Source: Candidatus Diapherotrites archaeon CG08_land_8_20_14_0_20_30_16 (lineage in GTDB: Archaea > Iainarchaeota > Iainarchaeia > Iainarchaeales > 0-14-0-20-30-16). Taken from it: a DNA stretch of 19,212 bases. The stretch is taken from NCBI GenBank assembly GCA_002779075.1, contig PEXK01000052.1, forward strand, positions 1 to 19,212, in the 5' to 3' direction. Positions within the stretch are counted from its first letter, which is position 1; each line of letters begins with the position of its first letter. Shown piece after piece: positions 9,138 through 15,721 of this stretch. The notes beneath the pieces were generated by a model. The model had not been told where the DNA came from and ran no database searches. It saw only the letters and a list, made by a program, of their open reading frames with translations. Position numbers and translations under genes: made by a program.

Positions 9138-9362
9138 TTATTTATCACCAATACAATCACTACTACAATCAGGATTGTCACCACAATCACAAACACAATC
9201 ACAATCTCCTGGCGATCCATCTCCTTCGTAACAATCTGCAGCCATAAAAACATCCGATTGCCCCTTTTTGGACTTTATTATTATTAAATCACCAGTCACA
9301 TTAGAATTTCCAAATTGGGTATTATATAAAAGATATTCTTCTCTTACAGTACAATCTAACAT
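9138..9362 (-). CDS. Small Cys/Asp-rich peptide (74 aa; 89 aa if started at 9407), candidate RiPP precursor
   Basis: The sequence is MLDCTVREEYLLYNTQFGNSNVTGDLIIIKSKKGQSDVFMAADCYEGDGSPGDCDCVCDCGDNPDCSSDCIGDK. The ATG at 9362 is preceded by GGAGGG (9373-9368) with a 5-nt spacer, the same style of SD-like motif seen before purA and proS. It is the first gene of a same-strand, tightly packed cluster ending in an rSAM/SPASM enzyme. The last 34 residues contain 7 Cys and 9 Asp; codons were checked one by one across 9141-9245. Confidence 0.7.
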   Translation of the reverse strand: MLDCTVREEYLLYNTQFGNSNVTGDLIIIKSKKGQSDVFMAADCYEGDGSPGDCDCVCDCGDNPDCSSDCIGDK

Positions 9363-9511
9363 ATTATCCCTCCAAAAATATAAAAACACTAGTCTTTGGC
9401 CAAACATTAAAACAAGATACTAAAGATTTACAAAAGAAATAATTCAAAATTAGCTTGGTCGTTTTCCTTCTAAGTAAGGTTAAAACCATATAAATATATT
9501 ACCTAGAAGAA

Positions 9512-9519
9512 TTTATAAA
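9512..9519 (-). promoter_or_regulatory. Candidate TATA box (TTTATAAA) for the peptide/rSAM operon
   Basis: This is an exact copy of the octamer used upstream of tRNA-Gln and the 17501 start. It lies in the intergenic region between cls and the peptide gene. It would give a 5' UTR of roughly 80-130 nt. The evidence is weak because the region is AT-rich. Confidence 0.25.
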
Positions 9520-9681
9520 GAGTACTCTTGATAAGATATAATTCCTTCACAAAATCTATTTTTTGATTTTGTTGATAGACTGCCTTTTATTCTGACTTTG
9601 GTATAAAAAGATTGGTTTTTAAATATCCTCTTTAAGAATTTAGCACAAAGCATTCGTTCATCAGTTCAGATAGTGTGTAAG

Positions 9682-11139
9682 TTATAAAAGGGGGGAGATT
9701 AATCTTGCCAAAGACTGCTTTAATTTTATCCATTTGCTCTGCTGAATAAGATCGCTTTTTGTAATTTCCTTACAATCTTTTAAGTCATTATAAAATATCT
9801 GTGTAAGTTTTTCAGTAGTATTTGTATCAAATATGAATGCGTTCACTTCGAAATCCAACTTTAGTCCACGAATATTCATATTTGTTGACCCTACTGATGA
9901 AATATTATCTGAAATTAACATTTTTGTATGCAAAACGCCATTCTTTCCTTTTGCATAACTATATACTTTTACTCCGACATCCAGCAACTCTGGAAGATAA
10001 GTCAAATTCACCAGCTTATACAAAGAAAGATCTGGATTTTCAGGTATTATCAATCTTGTGTCCACTCCTTTTAATGCCGTAGATTTTAATGCTAACAGCA
10101 CGCTATCATCAGGAATAAAATAAGGCGTCTCAATATACAATTTTTTTTCTGATGTTGTAATTATTGAGAAAAAAATTAGTTTTAAGTTTTCCCATTTTGT
10201 ATCTGGCCCAGAAGGCGCAATGTGTAAATTCACCTTTCCTTTAGTTTCTAACTTCGGATATAATTTATAATCATAAATATCCTGTTTTGTTGCAAAGAAC
10301 CAATCTCTCACAAAAATAGTTTGAAGCGAATAAACTGCGGGTCCATTTATTTTTAATTGAATATCTCTCCAAAAACCATATTTCCCACCATTAAAATATT
10401 CCTGCCCAATATTCATACCGCCTATAAATGCTGTTTGGCCATCAAATATTGCTATTTTTCTGTGATTTCTATGATTTAATTTGCTTTTTAAAATAGTTAA
10501 TCTCACAGGTAGAAAAACTCCTAATTCTATATTATTCTGTTTCAAAATGTGTTTATAATGTCTTATAAATTTTTGTGAGCCAAAGCCATCTAAAAGTATT
10601 CTAACTTTGATTCCGCATTTTGCTTTTTTTATCAAGCAATCTATTAATTTTTTTGTTATTTCATCATTTCTAAAAAGGTAAAATTCTAAATGAATGTGTT
10701 CTTTTGCTTTTTCTATTTCATCAAACAGACTAGGAAAAAATTCTGATCCGTTATTCAAAATTTCAACAGAATTATTCTTAGAAAAGGGATAATTTGTTGA
10801 ATGCAAAGCTAAATACATAGTATGTCTTTTTTCTTGCAGTTCTACAGGCAATTGTGCATTATGCAAAAATTCTTTTTGTGATTCAACAATTTTGGTTAAA
10901 ACATTTGCATATTTAGGTCTGCGCAATCTCCAAGAATAAAACTTTTGCTTTAGATTTTCTCCTGCCCAGAAATATGCTATTATTCCAAATATAGGAATAA
11001 AAACAAGCACCAAAATCCATGCAATAGTTTTATGCGGATCTCTATTTTCCAAAACAAGTACAACAATCAGATTTAACACATAAACAACAAATAAGGCTAT
11101 TAAAAGCCAAAAAAACCAAAGCATAATAGAAACACGCAA
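9682..11139 (-). CDS. cls: Cardiolipin synthase, PLD superfamily (ClsA-like)
   Basis: Two HxKx4D (HKD) motifs are present: HRKIAIFDGQTAFIGGMNIG and HTKMLISDNISSVGSTNMNIRG. The N-terminus has two hydrophobic helices and the ClsA-like segment ENRDPHKTIAWILVLVFIPIFGIIAYFWAG. The track start at 11139 is a TTG; the ATG at 11124 (MLWFFWLL...) is the more likely start. Confidence 0.9.
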   Translation of the reverse strand: MRVSIMLWFFWLLIALFVVYVLNLIVVLVLENRDPHKTIAWILVLVFIPIFGIIAYFWAGENLKQKFYSWRLRRPKYANVLTKIVESQKEFLHNAQLPVELQEKRHTMYLALHSTNYPFSKNNSVEILNNGSEFFPSLFDEIEKAKEHIHLEFYLFRNDEITKKLIDCLIKKAKCGIKVRILLDGFGSQKFIRHYKHILKQNNIELGVFLPVRLTILKSKLNHRNHRKIAIFDGQTAFIGGMNIGQEYFNGGKYGFWRDIQLKINGPAVYSLQTIFVRDWFFATKQDIYDYKLYPKLETKGKVNLHIAPSGPDTKWENLKLIFFSIITTSEKKLYIETPYFIPDDSVLLALKSTALKGVDTRLIIPENPDLSLYKLVNLTYLPELLDVGVKVYSYAKGKNGVLHTKMLISDNISSVGSTNMNIRGLKLDFEVNAFIFDTNTTEKLTQIFYNDLKDCKEITKSDLIQQSKWIKLKQSLARLISPLL

Positions 11140-11215
11140 ACAAATATAAAAACAATCTTGACACTTTGGTTTTTAAACCTTTCCTTTCAAATTTAAATAT
11201 TACCCTAATACTTCG

Positions 11216-11223
11216 TTTATAAA
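11216..11223 (+). promoter_or_regulatory. TATA box (TTTATAAA) for tRNA-Gln
   Basis: This is an archaeal TATA consensus-like octamer. Its 3' end is 20 nt upstream of the mature tRNA 5' end at 11243, and its centre is about 24 nt upstream. Confidence 0.6.
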
Positions 11224-11242
11224 ATGTGAACTGTTTTGCTTT

Positions 11243-11315
11243 AGCCCCATGGTGTAGTGGTCTATCATACGAGGCTTTGGACCTCGTGACCTGAGTTCGA
11301 ATCTCAGTGGGGCTA
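11243..11315 (+). tRNA. tRNA-Gln (anticodon UUG)
   Basis: I folded the cloverleaf by hand. The acceptor stem is AGCCCCA/TGGGGCT with an A1:U72 pair, typical of archaeal tRNA-Gln. The anticodon stem is CGAGG/CCTCG and the loop is CTTTGGA, giving anticodon TTG. The T arm is CTGAG-TTCGAAT-CTCAG and the discriminator is A. No CCA is encoded. The 101-aa track ORF at 11042..11347 (-) overlapping it is spurious. Confidence 0.9.
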
Positions 11316-11338
11316 TTAGTGGGATTGTAAATCCTACA

Positions 11339-11362
11339 CAATCTCATTGAGATTGGAGTTTT
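11339..11362 (+). terminator. Hairpin plus T-tract downstream of tRNA-Gln (possible terminator)
   Basis: CAATCTC-att-GAGATTG forms a perfect 7-bp stem at 11339-11355. It is followed by gag and then TTTT at 11359-11362. The T-run is short, so this is tentative. Confidence 0.3.
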
Positions 11363-11511
11363 CCATAAAGCTATTTTTCCAAAAAGGTTCTTTGGATCTC
11401 AGTGAAACAATAAAAATAATTATTTTTGTGAAGTTTTATGTTTAGTTGTAAATTTAATTCTATTCGAAATAAATTGTACAACAGCACAATAAAACAAGGG
11501 TGTGAAGTTTT

Positions 11512-13224
11512 ATGTTAGAGCAAATAAAGAAAGATTTAGAGAAACTAGACCCAAGCCTCATTATAACAAGTCTTGAAATATACGAAAGGAATATAAGACT
11601 GGGTTTTCCTGAGGAATTATCTTTGTTGGGCCTCTTTTTGCCATACCTTTCAGAAGAAAGAAAAGCTAAATTGGAAGATATTGCAAAAAAGTACATCCCT
11701 TCGGGGGAAGAAAAAATAGAAAATCTTATTTGCATAAAAGATATTGAATCATTAAATGATCCTATTTTAAAAGAAAATTACAAAAAAATGCCTAAAAAGA
11801 TATATGAAGTAGCATTTACAAAAATAACACATTTGGATTTAGCTTTAGCACTTTTGTCTGAAAAGGCAACAGAAATAAACAATAAAACATATTTTCCAAA
11901 CCAAAATACCTTTGTTGAGTTTTTAGAAAATGTTTATTGTCAATTGTGCCAGATTTTTGATATTTCCTATTATACTAATTTTTTGGATAATTTTGTTATA
12001 ATTAATAAATATCATGAAGAATACAAAAAAGTTCTAGAAATAACAAAACAAAATCTGACTAGAAGCAAAGATGAAATTTATTATATAATATCAGAATTAA
12101 AAAAGTTTCAAAAATATCCTAATGAAATTTTCAAAGGCAGATTAAAAACACCTGCAAGCGTTTTTAAGAAAGTTTATGTTAGAAAAGAACCTGTAGAAAA
12201 CATTGTTGATTTTGTAGCAATAAGAATTGTTACCAATACAATAAGCGATTGTTACTCTTGGTTAGGATACATTTATTCTCTGTGGCCTCCAAGGCTTTCA
12301 AAATTTATGGATTATATTGAACATCCAAAACCCACTGGTTACAAATCTTTACATATTGTTGTAGACACAAAATTTGGGCCTGTTGAATTTCAAATACGAA
12401 CTCATAATATGCATAGATTTGCAGAATTTGGTTTAGCAGCACATTGGAAATACAAAATAAAAAACGAAAATAAAATGTTAGAAAAAATAAAATCTAGACT
12501 CGCTACACAAAACCCCTATTTTGATCAGGGCCACATTTTTGTATACACCCCAAAAAAGGACATAATAATATTAGATAAGGGTTCTTGTATTGTTGATTTT
12601 GCGTATGCAATTCACACAGATCTTGGCGACCATTTATTTTCTGCAGAAGTCAACAATAAAATTGCACCTTTGAACTATAAGTTAAAAGATAAAGACATAA
12701 TAATGGTTCATGCAGATTCAAAAAAGAAACCAAATAAAAATTGGCTTGAGTTTGTTGTCTCAAATAAAACAAAGGAAAAAATATCTCAAAGTTTAAAAAT
12801 TATAAAAATTAATAAAAAAATAAAATTGCTAAATCCAACTCTTTTTTTTAAAGAGAAGGTGCAAGTTGCACAATGTTGCAATCCTTTTTGTGATGATGAT
12901 GTAGGAATATACAAAAGCACAAAAAGAAAATTAATCCTGCATAAAGCGTCTTGTCTAGAAAAAAACCATTTGAAATATTCTTATGCTTCGGATGCTTTAA
13001 AAACCCTTTTTTTAATAAATAAAAGAATTAAAATACAACTATCTTCAGATTCCAATCTGCTTATTGAACAATTAAAAACAAAATTTGTAATGGAAGATCC
13101 AGAAATAAACAAAAAGAGGAATACAATAACATTCAACACAAAACTAGCACACAAAGAGGATTTTACAAAATTCAAAGAAGAATTATTAGAAGAAGAGTTT
13201 GTTGAAAGCGTTGAATTGGTTTGA
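11512..13224 (+). CDS. Long RelA/SpoT homologue (RSH), putative (p)ppGpp synthetase: divergent N-terminus, then SYNTH, TGS, Cys zinc-finger (ZFD) and ACT-like domains
   Basis: The synthetase motifs are GRLKTPASVFKK, DFVAIRIV, DYIEHPKPTGYKSLH, EFQIRT and HRFAEFGLAAHWKYK (about 12133-12456). The TGS domain is IFVYTPKKDIIILDKGSCIVDFAYAIHTDLGDHLFSAEVNNKIAPLNYKLKDKDIIMV (about 12532-12711). The post-TGS segment is PNKNWLEFVVSNKTKEKISQSL. The ZFD is VAQCCNPFCDDDVGIYKSTKRKLILHKASC. I could not find an HD hydrolase His-Asp motif in residues 1-200. GGGTG lies 9 nt upstream of the ATG. Confidence 0.85.
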   Translation: MLEQIKKDLEKLDPSLIITSLEIYERNIRLGFPEELSLLGLFLPYLSEERKAKLEDIAKKYIPSGEEKIENLICIKDIESLNDPILKENYKKMPKKIYEVAFTKITHLDLALALLSEKATEINNKTYFPNQNTFVEFLENVYCQLCQIFDISYYTNFLDNFVIINKYHEEYKKVLEITKQNLTRSKDEIYYIISELKKFQKYPNEIFKGRLKTPASVFKKVYVRKEPVENIVDFVAIRIVTNTISDCYSWLGYIYSLWPPRLSKFMDYIEHPKPTGYKSLHIVVDTKFGPVEFQIRTHNMHRFAEFGLAAHWKYKIKNENKMLEKIKSRLATQNPYFDQGHIFVYTPKKDIIILDKGSCIVDFAYAIHTDLGDHLFSAEVNNKIAPLNYKLKDKDIIMVHADSKKKPNKNWLEFVVSNKTKEKISQSLKIIKINKKIKLLNPTLFFKEKVQVAQCCNPFCDDDVGIYKSTKRKLILHKASCLEKNHLKYSYASDALKTLFLINKRIKIQLSSDSNLLIEQLKTKFVMEDPEINKKRNTITFNTKLAHKEDFTKFKEELLEEEFVESVELV

Positions 13225-13230
13225 TCCATG

Positions 13231-14121
13231 CTATGGGTTGACATAAACAATATCTGTACTAACCTTTGAATATATTAATAAACCCGTTTTTACCAATAAT
13301 TCTATTGCTGAATGAAAATCTGACCAGCTTATTGCCATATTTCTCCAACTCTTTGTTAAAGAATTATATATTGCTCGTTTAGATATTCCTTTTTTATTTA
13401 ACTTTAAAGATTTTTCTTCAAAATGCCCACTAATAAGTGTAAACATTCGTACAACTATCATAGAACATAACGAATTTTTCAAATCATTAACTCTTTTTTG
13501 GTATTCTAAATTATCTTGAATAACATATTCAGACCAAAAACCTTCTTCTTTCAAATATTTAATCGCTTTCATATAATATCTCAAATTAGAATCTGACACA
13601 AGCCCTGCTTTTCTTTTAACTTCAATTTTTAGTTTGCCAAAAGGCAGGTCAGTGTTTTGTCTAATACAGTCTAGCAAGTCATAATTTACTGGTAATGTTA
13701 AATAGGGTGGTGGTTCCTCTGGTATTGACAGTTTGGGTGTCTGCGATTTAACTTCTTGTGGTTTGGCTTTTTGTATGGTGGCATTTTCAGGGTATTCTTT
13801 TAGTGTTCGGGATATTTCTTGTAGAGAGAATCCTTTTGACAACAGAAATTCTACTAATTTTCTTCTTTCTAAATGTGAATTTGCACTTATTACTCGCAGT
13901 AAAATATCTTTTCTCTTTTGTTGTCTATTTTGTTCTAACAAAACAGCCCGGTCTATTTTTATTCTCAAAATTATTGTGTCTGCTTCAAAAACAGTATATC
14001 CAGTTTTTAATAATACAGATTTTAGGCGTCTTAAATTTAGATTTGGGTTTTCCCGCAATATTGCTTTTGCAGATTCTACTTTCCTAACAAATATATTTAC
14101 CCCTTTTGATCTTCTAGCCAT
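13231..14121 (-). CDS. Hypothetical protein with tandem helical modules resembling RecX or HTH repeats (tentative)
   Basis: This is a complete ORF. The ATG at 14121 (MARRSKG...) is preferred over the track's GTG at 14142. Internal repeats include NPNLNLRRLKSVLLKTGYTVFEADTIILRI and NSHLERRKLVEFLLSKGFSLQEISRTLKEY. The function is not supported beyond this. The gene is convergent with the RSH gene, with only 6 nt between the two stop codons. Confidence 0.55.
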   Translation of the reverse strand: MARRSKGVNIFVRKVESAKAILRENPNLNLRRLKSVLLKTGYTVFEADTIILRIKIDRAVLLEQNRQQKRKDILLRVISANSHLERRKLVEFLLSKGFSLQEISRTLKEYPENATIQKAKPQEVKSQTPKLSIPEEPPPYLTLPVNYDLLDCIRQNTDLPFGKLKIEVKRKAGLVSDSNLRYYMKAIKYLKEEGFWSEYVIQDNLEYQKRVNDLKNSLCSMIVVRMFTLISGHFEEKSLKLNKKGISKRAIYNSLTKSWRNMAISWSDFHSAIELLVKTGLLIYSKVSTDIVYVNP

Positions 14122-14210
14122 ATCATCACAAAAAATTAACACATAAAATTAACAAATCACATCCTGCACTACACGCTTTTGCAGCATATAAAAAGGATAT
14201 GTCTAAAGGT

Positions 14211-15707
14211 TTAACCTTTAATTATTGTTTCATCTCTTTCTGCACCAACAGAAATAATTCTTACATTTACATTACAGTCTTTTTCAATATATTCAACAAT
14301 GTTTTTCAAATTCTGTGGCAAATCTTTGTATTCTTTTATGTTTTTTATTTCTGACAGCCAACCAGGAAATTCTTTGTATATTGGCTTACATCGCCCCAAT
14401 ATAAGAGAGTCAACAATAGCAATTTTTATTTTATCTCCTTTTTTAATTAATTTGTCCCCGTAATAATAATTATCACCATTATATTCATATTCTGTGCACA
14501 ATTTAATTTTTTTTGCATCATTTAAAACATCAACTTTTGTCAAAATTATATCTGGACCATTAGTTATTGTTGCCCTTCTCAATAAAGGCAGATCTAACCA
14601 ACCAGTTCTCCTTGGTCTTCCTGTTGTTGCGCCATATTCTTGACCAATATATCTTACTGCAATTCCTAATTGTAATTCGTCTTCAGAATTCAAAGAAGCA
14701 TTTGGGTATGTTGCTCTTTCTGTATCTTTTGTATTGCTTGAACAATGTTTGTCTGACAATTCACCTCCCATTTCTGTTGGAAAAGGTCCTTGCCCAACTC
14801 TAGTCATATAAAACGCTTTTACAATTCCTAAATTCAAATCTACATCTTTTTCACTTAATCCAACACCTTTTGTTAATCCAGATATTGTAGTATCACATGA
14901 TGTAACATAAGGATAAGATCCATGGTCAACACTTAGTAATAATCCTTGCGCGCCTTCCAATAATATTTTCTTTTTGTGTACATTTTCTCTTAAAAATTCT
15001 TCTGCGTCACAAATATATTTTCTCAACTTATCTGCATAATTTTCTGTATAATAGTTTATTATTTGTGGAATATCTAAAATTGTTTCTTCATTATAAAATG
15101 CGCCATTTTCTAAATGTGAATGCATTAAAATAGTTTTAATCATCTCTTTATCATAGTTTTTCAAAAGCGAAAGATTTTCTGTAATGTTCTTTTTTAATTT
15201 CTTTTCGAACAAGGATTTATTTAACATATCATTTACTGTTAATCCTTTTCTATCATAATGATCAACATATATTGGACCAATACCTCTTCCTGTTGTTCCA
15301 ATTTTATTTGCACCTGCGTTTGATTCTTTTAATCTATCAAACAATATGTGGCAAGGCAAAATTAATTTTGCATTCAGACTTATTTTCAAATTATTATAAG
15401 TCATATTTTCTTTGTCTAAAATATTTAATTCTTCAATAAATGCTCTTGGGTCAAAAGCAACACCTCGACCAACAACATTGATCTTGCCCAAAGAGTCATA
15501 CAAAATTCCTGAAGGCACTAAATGAAAAACATATTTTTTATTATTCAGTATTATTGTGTGCCCTGCATTTGCTTCGCCAGTTCCTCGAGCAATTATATCT
15601 GCCCATTTTGCAAAATAATCAACAAACTTTCCTTTTCCTGTGTCGCCCCATTGGTTACAAACAATAGCAACAGTCTTTTTTTCGTCTAAAAAAATATTCA
15701 ATTTCAT
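14211..15707 (-). CDS. purA: Adenylosuccinate synthetase
   Basis: Recognised motifs are QWGDTGKGKFVD (GDEGKGK-type P-loop), GEANAGHT, TTGRGIGP and GATTGRPRRTGWLD. The start is set at the ATG at 15707 (MKLNIFLDEKKTVAIV...), preceded by GAGGGG with a 4-nt spacer. The track's start at 15779 would overlap the 3' end of proS and adds a non-homologous extension. Confidence 0.9.
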   Translation of the reverse strand: MKLNIFLDEKKTVAIVCNQWGDTGKGKFVDYFAKWADIIARGTGEANAGHTIILNNKKYVFHLVPSGILYDSLGKINVVGRGVAFDPRAFIEELNILDKENMTYNNLKISLNAKLILPCHILFDRLKESNAGANKIGTTGRGIGPIYVDHYDRKGLTVNDMLNKSLFEKKLKKNITENLSLLKNYDKEMIKTILMHSHLENGAFYNEETILDIPQIINYYTENYADKLRKYICDAEEFLRENVHKKKILLEGAQGLLLSVDHGSYPYVTSCDTTISGLTKGVGLSEKDVDLNLGIVKAFYMTRVGQGPFPTEMGGELSDKHCSSNTKDTERATYPNASLNSEDELQLGIAVRYIGQEYGATTGRPRRTGWLDLPLLRRATITNGPDIILTKVDVLNDAKKIKLCTEYEYNGDNYYYGDKLIKKGDKIKIAIVDSLILGRCKPIYKEFPGWLSEIKNIKEYKDLPQNLKNIVEYIEKDCNVNVRIISVGAERDETIIKG

Positions 15708-15721
15708 ATTACCCCTCAAAA

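Noticed and set aside
9141-9245. A leaderless 35-aa version of the peptide starting at the internal Met (MAADC...)
   Set aside because: No SD-like motif or TATA box sits at a suitable distance. The upstream 39 residues are in frame with a well-placed start and show leader-like character.
9374-9386. TTTTTATATTTTT considered as the TATA box of the peptide gene
   Set aside because: It lies only 15-22 nt upstream of the ATG at 9362. The predicted TSS would fall inside the coding sequence, which is too close for the canonical -26 spacing.
9363-9407. A 15-codon N-terminal extension of the peptide (MFGQRLVFLYFWRDN) from the ATG at 9407
   Set aside because: The extension would be translated across a TTTTTATATTTTT tract and the GGAGGG motif that sits 5 nt before the ATG at 9362. 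The SD-like spacing matches other genes here, so 9362 is preferred. The longer form cannot be excluded without TSS data.
9640-9670. A possible C/D-box sRNA: the minus strand reads CTGAACTGATGAAC (C-box-like TGATGA) just downstream of cls
   Set aside because: No matching D box (CTGA) or C'/D' pair appears at the expected 10-12 nt guide spacing within the next 70 nt or so.
11042-11347. A 101-aa minus-strand track ORF
   Set aside because: It overlaps tRNA-Gln on the opposite strand and the 5' end of cls. It has no motifs and is spurious.
11460-13250. Minus-strand track ORFs at 11460..11735 and 12981..13250
   Set aside because: Both lie antisense to the well-supported RSH gene. They are shadow ORFs.
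13733-14146. Plus-strand track ORFs at 13733..14146 and 13758..14087
   Set aside because: Both lie antisense to the 13231..14121 gene. Their hydrophobic low-complexity translations are typical of the reverse frames of Lys/Glu-rich genes.
14211-15707. PurA looks long (498 aa), with a possible insertion before the GATTGRPRR motif (ELSDKHCSSNTKDTERATYPNASLNSEDELQLGIAVRYIG)
   Set aside because: I cannot define insertion boundaries without an alignment. Lineage-specific loops in PurA are common, so I have not put this forward as a finding.
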